DNA of 64,000 nt. It comes from an uncultured delta proteobacterium. GTDB lineage: Bacteria > Desulfobacterota > Binatia > Bin18. Of this stretch, positions 32,834-41,085 are shown in pieces (position 1 is the stretch's first letter; every line of letters begins with the position of its first letter). The translations under genes and the position numbers were made by a program. Below the pieces are notes generated by a model. The model saw only the letters and a program-made list of their open reading frames with translations, did no database searches and had not been told where the DNA came from. The stretch covers positions 1 to 64,000 of the forward strand of contig CAVTCR010000078.1 of NCBI GenBank assembly GCA_963733195.1, in the 5' to 3' direction.

Positions 32834-33811
32834 ATGTCACACGGAGCTTACATGGAAATGCTCTTCTCGGACCCAGCAGTCATCACGCTTATCCTGATCA
32901 CCTTCTTTGCCGCAACCGTCAATGGTGCCCTAGGGTACGGATTTTCCTCGCTCACGGTTCCAGTTGCTTTACTTTTTTATACAAACCGAGTTCTCAACCC
33001 GGCGTTGGTACTCCTGGAAGTCATCATTAACAGCTATGTGCTGGTGATGAACCGACGGAGCCTTCCGCAAGTGTGGCGGCGGGTTCTTCCTATGTTAGTT
33101 GGTCTCCTTCCTGGAGTGCTAGTGGGAAGTTACGCTCTAGCAGCAGTGCACCCAGGCTGGATCAAGTTTCTCACGTATGCAGTTATTCTCCCCTTCATCC
33201 TCATTCAAGCCGCCGGATTTCGCAGATATATAAAGGCAGAACGCGCAGTGAGTGTTCCCTTTGGGGCTGGTATTGGCATACTCTATTCGATCACCACCAT
33301 CTCTGGCCCTCCCCTGGCGCTCCTGTTCAATAATCAAGGTTACGTCAAAGAAGAGTTCCGCGCCGGGTTAGCGCTCATCAGAATTGCCGAATCATCCCTC
33401 ACCGCGGTCGCCTACTACTTCTTGGGCCTTTATTCTTCCACCACTCCTCAGCTTATGCTGATGATTGTTCCCAGTGTCATCCTTGGCGTTCCGCTGGGAA
33501 TTGCACTTCTTCGACGAGTCGCAGCAGAAACCTTTCGTCGCGTATGCATGAGTTTTGATGCCTGGGTTGTTGGGTTTGGGCTCTCACGCACCCTTATCGA
33601 GCTAGGTATCCTTGCGAGTCCGCAGGCCTACAGCGTGCTAGTAGCAACCTTTGTGATCGATGGGGTACTGCTTGCTCGCTATTTTGGCAAAGCCGGGAAA
33701 AAACTCTCTCCTGACCTTGCTCAGTTGAGCTCCTCGCCCACGGCATATTCTCCTTACCCAAGAAGCACAACCAACCCGCTCCCCAGGACAGACGTTTCTC
33801 TCTCTTCCTGA
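32834..33811 (+). CDS. TauE/SafE (TSUP) family sulfur-anion transporter
   Basis: NGALGYGFS and TTISGPPL repeats; 8 TM helices; lies in the cys operon. Confidence 0.88.
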   Translation: MSHGAYMEMLFSDPAVITLILITFFAATVNGALGYGFSSLTVPVALLFYTNRVLNPALVLLEVIINSYVLVMNRRSLPQVWRRVLPMLVGLLPGVLVGSYALAAVHPGWIKFLTYAVILPFILIQAAGFRRYIKAERAVSVPFGAGIGILYSITTISGPPLALLFNNQGYVKEEFRAGLALIRIAESSLTAVAYYFLGLYSSTTPQLMLMIVPSVILGVPLGIALLRRVAAETFRRVCMSFDAWVVGFGLSRTLIELGILASPQAYSVLVATFVIDGVLLARYFGKAGKKLSPDLAQLSSSPTAYSPYPRSTTNPLPRTDVSLSS

Positions 33812-33847
33812 TACACTAGGACTCCATCTTTTATACAGAGGAGTCCT

Positions 33848-34777
33848 ATGGCCAGGCTATTCAAAGATATCACTGAGACCATCGGTCGTACTCCGCTCGT
33901 TCGCCTCAATCGCATCACGCACGGTCTCTTCGCAGAGATTTACGCCAAGCTCGAATTCTTCAATCCGCTGGGGAGTATCAAAGACCGCATTGGTCACAAT
34001 ATGATTCTTGCCGCCGAAAGAGCTGGCAAGCTAACCTCCAATAGCGTCATCATCGAACCAACCAGCGGAAACACCGGAATCGCCCTTGCTTTTGTTGCCG
34101 CAGCGCGTGGCTATCGTCTAATCCTGACGATGCCAGAATCGATGAGTATGGAGCGGCGCAATCTGCTCCGCTTACTCGGCGCGGAACTAGTCCTCACTCC
34201 CGCGCAGGAAGGGATGCAAGGGGCAATTCGCAAAGCCACCGAACTGGCGAAGAAGACGCGTCAGGCGTTTATCCCGCAGCAGTTCGAAAATCCGGCTAAT
34301 CCTGACGTGCATCGTCATACAACCGCGCAAGAGATCTGGGAGGATACCGATGGGGCAGTAGATATTTTCATCAGCGGCGTGGGAACCGGGGGAACCATTA
34401 CCGGAGTCGCAGAAGTCATTAAGAAAAAGAAGCCAAGTTTTCAGGCGATCGCTGTTGAACCGGCACGATCTGCCGTTCTTTCAGGGAATCCACCAGGGCC
34501 GCATGCGATTCAGGGAATCGGGGCAGGGTTTGTTCCTAAAGTGCTGAACACCAAAATCATTGACGAAATCATCCAAGTGCAAGACAGTGATGCACTGGCA
34601 ACCGCACGGCAAATTGCCCGGCTGGAAGGAATCCCGGCTGGAATCAGTAGTGGCGCGACAGTATGGGCAGCCCTGCAAGTCGCGGCACGAAACGAGAACA
34701 AAGAAAAGATGATTGTCGTGATTCTCGCCAGCTCGGCTGAACGGTACCTCAGCACGGCGTTGGTTGAGGATCTCTAA
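33848..34777 (+). CDS. cysK: Cysteine synthase A
   Basis: [43 protein letters not shown]. Confidence 0.97.
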   Translation: MARLFKDITETIGRTPLVRLNRITHGLFAEIYAKLEFFNPLGSIKDRIGHNMILAAERAGKLTSNSVIIEPTSGNTGIALAFVAAARGYRLILTMPESMSMERRNLLRLLGAELVLTPAQEGMQGAIRKATELAKKTRQAFIPQQFENPANPDVHRHTTAQEIWEDTDGAVDIFISGVGTGGTITGVAEVIKKKKPSFQAIAVEPARSAVLSGNPPGPHAIQGIGAGFVPKVLNTKIIDEIIQVQDSDALATARQIARLEGIPAGISSGATVWAALQVAARNENKEKMIVVILASSAERYLSTALVEDL

Positions 34778-34791
34778 AAGGGCCACTCAAG

Positions 34792-35035
34792 GTAGGGTGG
34801 GCAAAAGCGGAGCGTTGCCCACCGACTCAACAGTTTCGGCACTGTTGGGCTTCGCTTGACTCAGCCCAACCTACTCGCTGTTGTCCCAGGCAGTGCCTGG
34901 GACGGAGCAGGTTTTGTTTCTGAGCAGCCCTTCGACAGGCTCACCTGTCGGACTGCGAGGCAGGATAGACTCCGCGAAACAATCTTTGCCAGAAAAAGAG
35001 ATTGCTTCGTCGCCTGGGCACCTCGCAATGACACC
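34792..35035. repeat. Cluster of REP-like palindromic elements from several families
   Basis: gtagggtgggcaa..ttgcccacc; gttgggct..agcccaacctac; cccttcgacaggctca; gagattgcttcg..ctcgcaatgaca, between convergent genes. Confidence 0.75.
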
Positions 35036-35076
35036 TTCCCTCCGCCTTTCAGACGGCCGCTAAAGGCTGGAGCGCC

Positions 35077-35628
35077 CTACCCCGCGCTCGCGGCACTCTG
35101 CAGCGCATCCATCAACTTGCGCAGCTCCCACGAGATGATCGAGCCCACTAAAACTATTTGTGATGATTTATTAACCTGCGCATAAAGGCTAGTGTTGACG
35201 GGATTATGTTTCCCGACCGTCAAATTTTGTGACCCTTCCCCTTCCACATTTAGTGTAATCTGCGTCACTGGCGGTTCGAGGCCGTAGTCAGAAAGTTTTT
35301 CATCTCGTCCTTTTTCGACTTCTCCCAAATTGACGAGTTTTGTCAGATTGACGAGGAAATCATCGATCACAGACGACGGTAGCACCGCTCCGTCAGGGGA
35401 CTTCCATCCCTCCGCCGTACGCTGGCCAATGACGTGCCTCCCATCATAGATCACCTCAAACTGTCCGATTTTCTCGGCATTAAATGCAAAAATCGGACGT
35501 TCACTGGTTTCTTCGACGGTAACGGTCAGCGTCTTCTTTGTCGGCGTGGTGACATAGGTGTATCCACCCAACACACAAGCAATCAGGCCAAGCATAAGGA
35601 TGCGACGGTTTTCTCCCGCAAGATTCAT
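35077..35628 (-). CDS. DUF4340-like periplasmic accessory protein
   Basis: N-terminal TM anchor; DYGLEPP; VGKHNPVNTSLYA; follows GldG-like gene. Confidence 0.7.
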   Translation of the reverse strand: MNLAGENRRILMLGLIACVLGGYTYVTTPTKKTLTVTVEETSERPIFAFNAEKIGQFEVIYDGRHVIGQRTAEGWKSPDGAVLPSSVIDDFLVNLTKLVNLGEVEKGRDEKLSDYGLEPPVTQITLNVEGEGSQNLTVGKHNPVNTSLYAQVNKSSQIVLVGSIISWELRKLMDALQSAASAG

Positions 35629-37031
35629 CCGTTCCGTCTCCGTCGTAAAAAGATGATCATCCCTACGCCAAAAACTAACAAAGGTTCAAGGACAACCATC
35701 AACCAGAAGAATCGACGCGACTGGGATGCAGTGAGATAGAGTGTTTGTTGTGGAGTCGTGTTGCGTTTCGCCTCTGACACTCTGGCCATGCGTCCCAATG
35801 CGACCAACTCTTGCCGGCCTAATATCCACCCAACGGTGTTCATGAAAAAATCGACGTTACCAGGTACCCGCGCATAAAAGTTATCGACAAAACCAGAGTC
35901 TCCCAACACGACAATTTTTCCTTGTTTCTCTTTACCCGTCGTAGCAACAGCAGCAACAGGAAGCGGGCCACGTTGGTCTTCTCCCTCTTTGAAGTTTATG
36001 TCTCCTTGCTCCGCACGCGTACGATTACGTAACGCCCAGCTCGCCTCACTGGAGAACGCGAACGCTTGAGCTTTGCCGTCTTGTACGCCGACTGATCGCA
36101 CTACAGGTAATACCGGTTCACCGCGCGGTTCGCGCGGAAATACCTCACGAGAGAAGTTTCCGATCACTGGGGTAAATGGGTCACCACCTGCGACTTGGAC
36201 TTGCGTATCAACCACAACATCTTCGACCAAGACAAAACCGAACTGGGCTAAATACTGCACCAAGCCTGGAACCGTGTAAGGATCAAGCAAGAACAGACCG
36301 TTTCCACCCGCGGCAAAATACGCGGACAGGGCATCCAACTCTTCAGCCGAGAGGTCCTCTTTTGGTCCACTGACAATAACCAAATGCGCTCCTTGCGGTA
36401 CAGCTCCCATTTGTCGTAATGGCAACGGACGCACACGGTAATTCTCGGTTTCCAGCACCTTGCGCGGCACACCGTAGCCATTCCGTTCTTCAGTATCTGC
36501 CGCGTCATTCTCTCCATGTCCAACAAGGAAGTAGACCGTCTTCCCCTCTTGTGTCACTCGGAGTGCAGCGTTGAGCATCCGCTCTTCGTCGGTCACCGGG
36601 ATCGAAACCCGATTGGTCGCCGTTTCCACGACCGTTGTTCCGTATGCAGACACCCCGTAGCGTTGGGCGATCCCCGGTGCACGGTCTAGGTCGAACAACT
36701 GATAAGTAAAATTTGGACTTTCTTGTGAGAGAAGGCGTAACAACTCTTCATGTTTCTCGCGATCACCACGACGGTAGAAGACCGTTGCCTGTATAGGCTG
36801 TGAGAGTGCGCGAAACGTCTGTGTCGTTACCTCGGAAAGACTATATTTTTGTCCCGGAGAAAGATCATAGCGAAGGTTCGTGCGACTCCAGAGCGCATCA
36901 AGCGAGACGATGATCACGAGCAAGAACAATACTTCCAGCCCCAGTAGGAGAAATCGCCTGGTTGATTCTCGAGTCAATACGCTTTGGGTTTCCGTCTCTG
37001 CGGACGGAGCGGTTATCGTGTCCCGCGCCAT
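35625..37031 (-). CDS. GldG-like ABC accessory protein
   Basis: DLS..KYSLSEVT, VYFLVGHGE, GPKEDL, VVLGDSGF..N.DF. Confidence 0.85.
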   Translation of the reverse strand: MARDTITAPSAETETQSVLTRESTRRFLLLGLEVLFLLVIIVSLDALWSRTNLRYDLSPGQKYSLSEVTTQTFRALSQPIQATVFYRRGDREKHEELLRLLSQESPNFTYQLFDLDRAPGIAQRYGVSAYGTTVVETATNRVSIPVTDEERMLNAALRVTQEGKTVYFLVGHGENDAADTEERNGYGVPRKVLETENYRVRPLPLRQMGAVPQGAHLVIVSGPKEDLSAEELDALSAYFAAGGNGLFLLDPYTVPGLVQYLAQFGFVLVEDVVVDTQVQVAGGDPFTPVIGNFSREVFPREPRGEPVLPVVRSVGVQDGKAQAFAFSSEASWALRNRTRAEQGDINFKEGEDQRGPLPVAAVATTGKEKQGKIVVLGDSGFVDNFYARVPGNVDFFMNTVGWILGRQELVALGRMARVSEAKRNTTPQQTLYLTASQSRRFFWLMVVLEPLLVFGVGMIIFLRRRRNG

Positions 37032-37759
37032 TTGCGTGACTCCAATGATTGCAGGGTCAGATAGAGGAAAAATACCGTGATCGCCACGAAGAACAGAATA
37101 TCTTTGCTATTGATCACTCCCTTGGCAAAATCCTGAAACCGGTCAAACAACGAGAAGCTGCTAATCACACTGAGTGCTTGCTGTCCAACGGCTTCTTCGT
37201 TCCAGGTAAGAAACCAGAACAAGACAAGCACCCCATAGGTAGACATAGCCGAGACGACTTGGTTCTCGGTGAGTGAGGAAATGAACGTGCCACAAGCAAT
37301 GAACGCCGCACCGAGGAGGATGGTTCCTAAATACCCCGCGAGCGGCGGCCCCCAATCAAACTGATGAACAGTGGATAGCAACAGCGGATACACAAGCGTA
37401 CAGGCAACCATCGCGACAAACACGACAAAACAGGCAAGAAACTTTCCGAGAATAATATGCGGATCTTTCAATGGATAGGTCCACAAGAGTTCGATCGTGC
37501 CGAGTTTCTTTTCCTCGGCGAACAAGCGCATGGTCAAAAGCGGCAAAATCAACATAATGACAAAGCGCATATCTTGCTGAAAAAAGTAGAACCAGAGTGA
37601 CGAGGTAATATCCATGAAATCGCCGAACAGATCATAGAAAATCATGTCGGTGTAGAAAAAGTATCCAGTCAGCACGAGGAACGCCGTCGCCAGGGAGTAG
37701 GCGATGAACGACCCGAAATAGAGCCGCAGTTCTTTCTTAAAAACGCAGAGGAATTTCAT
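37013..37759 (-). CDS. GldF-like ABC-2 permease
   Basis: KKELRLYFGSFIAY, PLLTMRLFAEEKKLGTIELL, SSLTENQVV. Confidence 0.9.
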   Translation of the reverse strand: MKFLCVFKKELRLYFGSFIAYSLATAFLVLTGYFFYTDMIFYDLFGDFMDITSSLWFYFFQQDMRFVIMLILPLLTMRLFAEEKKLGTIELLWTYPLKDPHIILGKFLACFVVFVAMVACTLVYPLLLSTVHQFDWGPPLAGYLGTILLGAAFIACGTFISSLTENQVVSAMSTYGVLVLFWFLTWNEEAVGQQALSVISSFSLFDRFQDFAKGVINSKDILFFVAITVFFLYLTLQSLESRKWRGTR

Positions 37760-37766
37760 AAGGCAA

Positions 37767-37795
37767 GTAGTCAGTAGTCAGCATTCAGTAGTCAG
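37767..37795. repeat. GTAGTCA heptamer array
   Basis: gtagtcagtagtcagcattcagtagtcag; 27 nt are the exact reverse complement of 41031-41057. Confidence 0.8.
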
Positions 37796-37855
37796 AAGGA
37801 AAAACGATGACTAGTAATGCTGCAGACTGATGACCCGGCGTTTCTTTGTCCAGCC

Positions 37856-38857
37856 CTAACATTTATGCTCATCCACATTGACCCACTGACCTAATTGGTC
37901 ATTGATGCTTTTTTCCGCATCGCGGACAAGCTGCAAATACATGTCTTCGAGTGTCGGCTCGACCGAGCGCACTTCTAGTAATCCCCATCCTTGCTCGAGA
38001 ATCATCCGACTGATCTTTTTCCGAATATCATCTCCAGCGTGCTCAACAATAAAGGCGGAAGTTCCATTCGTTGTGCCGCGGACTTCGGACTCCAGACCGC
38101 GGACTTTTTCGACTTCTGGCACCTTCTCAAGCGCTTCTCGGATAGCCGTTGTCGGTCCCTCGACTTCTACTCGTACCCGACGCGTGCGCTGTACTTGGGC
38201 ACGAAGTTCGGCAAGAGACTGCGACGCGAGGATACGTCCACCGTTAATAATGATCACACGGTCACACACTGTGCTCACTTCAGAGAGGATATGGGTAGAG
38301 AGAATTACCGTGCGTTCAGAGCCGAGGTCGCGAATCAATTTACGGATCTCAACCACCTGTTGCGGGTCAAGTCCGATGGTGGGTTCATCAAGAATCAATA
38401 CTTGTGGCTTATGAATCAACGCCTGGGCAATACCCACGCGCTGACGATAGCCTTTCGATAAATGACCGATGATGCGGTCACTGACTTTCTCGAGGCCACA
38501 GGATTCGAGGACTCTAGCGATTTCGCGTTTGCGTTCAGAACGGGGAACATCTTTGGCCTCGGCAACAAAGTCAAGAAAACTGCGGACCGGGAAGTCGGGA
38601 TAGACCGAGACTCGTTCGGGAAAATACCCAACCAGTTGCTTCACTTGCAGTGCGTGCGTCACGACATCGTTTCCGCCGACACTCGCGTGCCCAGATGTCG
38701 GCGGGAAGAACCCTGCTAGAATGCGCATGGTTGTGCTTTTTCCGGCTCCATTGGGACCGAGAAAGCCAACGACTTCTCCACGTGGCACAGAGAAAGAAAT
38801 GTGGTCAACTGCGAGGATGGGACCGAAACGTTTTGTAACGTTCTCGACTTCGATCAT
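37856..38857 (-). CDS. GldA-like ABC transporter ATP-binding protein
   Basis: GPNGAGKSTT, LSKGYRQRVG, ILDEPT, STH. Confidence 0.95.
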   Translation of the reverse strand: MIEVENVTKRFGPILAVDHISFSVPRGEVVGFLGPNGAGKSTTMRILAGFFPPTSGHASVGGNDVVTHALQVKQLVGYFPERVSVYPDFPVRSFLDFVAEAKDVPRSERKREIARVLESCGLEKVSDRIIGHLSKGYRQRVGIAQALIHKPQVLILDEPTIGLDPQQVVEIRKLIRDLGSERTVILSTHILSEVSTVCDRVIIINGGRILASQSLAELRAQVQRTRRVRVEVEGPTTAIREALEKVPEVEKVRGLESEVRGTTNGTSAFIVEHAGDDIRKKISRMILEQGWGLLEVRSVEPTLEDMYLQLVRDAEKSINDQLGQWVNVDEHKC

Positions 38858-38901
38858 GTATACTCTTTCACAACTCTAGGTGCGGGGGGATTATTCCGCG
38901 A

Positions 38902-39321
38902 CTATTTCAACTTCAACAACGGCAAGAAGGGAGACTCTGGTCGAGGTATGAGTTTTTGCTGAGAACAATCTACCAGCAAGTCTAATGTTTCCAGTATCAC
39001 CTGCCCGAGCAATGGTTCACTATTCGGCGGCCCAACCACACAATTCACACTGGTGAGGCGATTGCCAACTTTTACTGTGACAATCCCAGCAATTGGGCGT
39101 TCCTCTTTGCGTTCATCGGCATAGGTCACGATAGCCTTGCCAACTTCGTTGAGACCGAGGGCCTCCACTAAATCCTGAGGGAGAACCAACATAACTGCAC
39201 CACTATCGACCAGGATCGGAACCTTTGCCGAACGGATCTGTCCCTCCTGAAGGTATCCACGACGCGCTACCTCTCGATCGCCAGCATTCTCCAATTCGAC
39301 TTCAACTTTTACTTCTCCCAT
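38902..39321 (-). CDS. Clan AA (retropepsin-like) aspartic protease
   Basis: LVDSGA catalytic motif; PLLGQVILE. Confidence 0.88.
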   Translation of the reverse strand: MGEVKVEVELENAGDREVARRGYLQEGQIRSAKVPILVDSGAVMLVLPQDLVEALGLNEVGKAIVTYADERKEERPIAGIVTVKVGNRLTSVNCVVGPPNSEPLLGQVILETLDLLVDCSQQKLIPRPESPFLPLLKLK

Positions 39322-39345
39322 GCTGCTACCTTCAGCTTGTTCCGT

Positions 39346-39378
39346 ACAAAAAGCAAGGGTGACGCATGCGTCGCTCTC
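39346..39378 (-). repeat. Cassette-leader repeat copy 1 (hairpin + CCCTTGCTTTTTGT)
   Basis: acaaaaagcaagggtgacgcatgcgtcgctct. Confidence 0.75.
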
Positions 39379-39386
39379 AGGGAAAG

Positions 39387-39843
39387 CTAGCGGATAAACA
39401 AGATCGGGCAGTAGCCGAACGGGACGAGCGGATCGAACTCAGTGGTTCGTCAACTTAATTCTTGGACAGTTGTGACGCCCGGAAGCCTCTGTCATTGCGA
39501 GCGCAGCGAAGCAATCTTTGCTGAAAAAGCGATTGCTTCGTCGCCGAGCGATAGCGTGCTTGCCGGAATACGGAAAGGATGGCCGTTTCTACCTTACATG
39601 AACGCAGTGTCTTGGTATCTCGCAATGCATGCGATGGCCAATTCCCTTAAGCAATGATTGCAGAGCATCCTCCGCCACCACCTCTCCACGTCGCCGAAAG
39701 TAAATGTAATAGATCTCCATCAAGTTGAAGATGTGCGCGTAACAGGTGCTCCCCGGTTCGGTCAGCACCTGTTCGACAACGCCAGCCCCTGGTTCATCAT
39801 CCAGAAAGGCAATCATAGGGCCAGCATCAAGGACGTAATTCAC
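39387..39843 (-). pseudogene. vapC: VapC/PIN toxin, disrupted
   Basis: YVLDAGPMIAFL..EPGA..NLMEIYY; C-terminal EFDPLVPFGYCPILFIR* ending at 39387; middle frameshifted and carrying a REP-like element. Confidence 0.75.
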
Positions 39844-40149
39844 GCTTTGGCTCACGAGGATGCGGTGTTCTTCTCGTCCCTTATCTATTTGACGTTCCCG
39901 ATGGAGGGCCTCGGTGGCCGAACCTGTAGCTGTGTGGGCAAACTTTCCCCGGATGCTTTTCACCACAGCAACAAGCGCCGGGTCGCGCTCGGTAGGAGTC
40001 TCATCGTTAATAGGAGACTTGAGTGTAATGGCCGGGAGGTACGTTTGCAGGATTTGCTCAGCTACATTCACCGGGTCAACGCCTCGCGCTTGGGCGAGTG
40101 CTCGTAAACGAGCTTCTACTTCTGGTAGTAAGTGTAATGTTAACGTCAT
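39840..40149 (-). CDS. Putative VapB-type antitoxin
   Basis: MTLTLHLLPEVEARLRALAQARG..SIRGKFA..TEALHRERQ; directly upstream of the PIN gene (fused in the track ORF, probably by an indel). Confidence 0.65.
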
Positions 40150-40303
40150 GATTATCCTCCGCCTATTCCTTTTGCAATTCGATCTTCGGCATTCTCCAAT
40201 TCGACTTTGACTTCGTCCATAGTGTTTCTTCAACGCCATTTCTTCAGAAAAAGACAATGAGGCAGGAAGAGAAAGAAGCGACCGGAACGGTCGCGCTCCC
40301 AGC

Positions 40304-40338
40304 ACAAAAAGCAAGGGCGCAGCATGCTGCGCCCCTAC
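40304..40338 (-). repeat. Cassette-leader repeat copy 2 (GTAG REP hairpin + CCCTTGCTTTTTGT)
   Basis: acaaaaagcaagggcgcagcatgctgcgcccctac. Confidence 0.8.
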
Positions 40339-40450
40339 GATAATTAGGTGGGCGATGCCCACCCTACTTCTACTACTCCAGAGAATTCCCTCAAAAGCAA
40401 GGCGGCAACGTATTCCATGATTAGAGCTCCCTCAGACGCTCGATCTAAGG

Positions 40451-40726
40451 TCAATTGCGGTAAATCTCGCTCCGATGTCCGATCCTATGAACTGAGAGAA
40501 CTCGCCTCGTTTGATCGACCGTATAGAGAATGCGGTAGTCCCCGACTCTGAACTTAAAAATCCCCCGAAGATCTTTCCCAGAAAGTTGCTCTGGGGCAAT
40601 GGAATCGAAGTTTTCCACAAGCCATTTCAGTCGGTTAAGAAGCCTCTGTGCTACGCTCCGATCCAAATTTTGCAGGTCTTGTTCAGCGTCAGGCCGGAAC
40701 TCAAGAGCATATCCTTTCCCTACCAT
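40451..40726 (-). CDS. RelE/ParE family toxin
   Basis: YALEFRPDAEQDLQNLD..FKFRVGDYRILY..IGHRSEIY. Confidence 0.92.
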   Translation of the reverse strand: MVGKGYALEFRPDAEQDLQNLDRSVAQRLLNRLKWLVENFDSIAPEQLSGKDLRGIFKFRVGDYRILYTVDQTRRVLSVHRIGHRSEIYRN

Positions 40727-40938
40727 TGCAGTCCCAGTCTTCGCACAACCTCTTCAACTGGAATTCCCTTTTCTCCACGCCGCTCAGCTGCGATACTTTG
40801 CCTCAGCCTTTTTTTCACTTCTTCGCGCAAACGCTTCCCTCGGTCAGGGTCAACCGTCAGCTCCATCAGTTTATCCTCAACGACTTCTCTGATAACCTCT
40901 TTGAATTCTTCAACTGTCAAAGCTGAAACTTTTCTCAT
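40720..40938 (-). CDS. Putative antitoxin
   Basis: KVSALTVEEFKEVI..DPDRG..IPVEEVVRRLGL; overlaps the toxin start. Confidence 0.8.
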   Translation of the reverse strand: MRKVSALTVEEFKEVIREVVEDKLMELTVDPDRGKRLREEVKKRLRQSIAAERRGEKGIPVEEVVRRLGLQW

Positions 40939-40982
40939 AACGAGCGTCCTCTCTCATCCCCTTTCTTCAACGCCATTCCTCC

Positions 40983-41020
40983 ACAAAAAGCAAGGGCGCA
41001 GCATGTGCCACGCCCTTGCT
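40983..41020 (-). repeat. Cassette-leader repeat copy 3 / terminator-like hairpin
   Basis: acaaaaagcaagggcgcagcatgtgccacgcccttgct: stem AGCAAGGGCG/CGCCCTTGCT followed by a T tract on the minus strand. Confidence 0.8.
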
Positions 41021-41027
41021 ACCTATC

Positions 41028-41073
41028 CTACTGACTACTGAATGCTGACTACTGACTCCTGACTACTGACTAC
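41028..41073. repeat. CTGACTA heptamer array (about 6 units)
   Basis: ctactgactactgaatgctgactactgactcctgactactgactac. Confidence 0.85.
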
Positions 41074-41085
41074 TTTCCCCAGCCC

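Noticed and set aside
39589-40362. 257-aa antitoxin-PIN fusion ORF
   Set aside because: It starts inside REP DNA; a GTGA-type overlap near 39840 indicates two genes joined by an indel.
41028-41073. Tandem repeats as a CRISPR array (given the Cas4-like gene)
   Set aside because: Units are 7 nt with no unique spacers, and there is no cas1/cas2.
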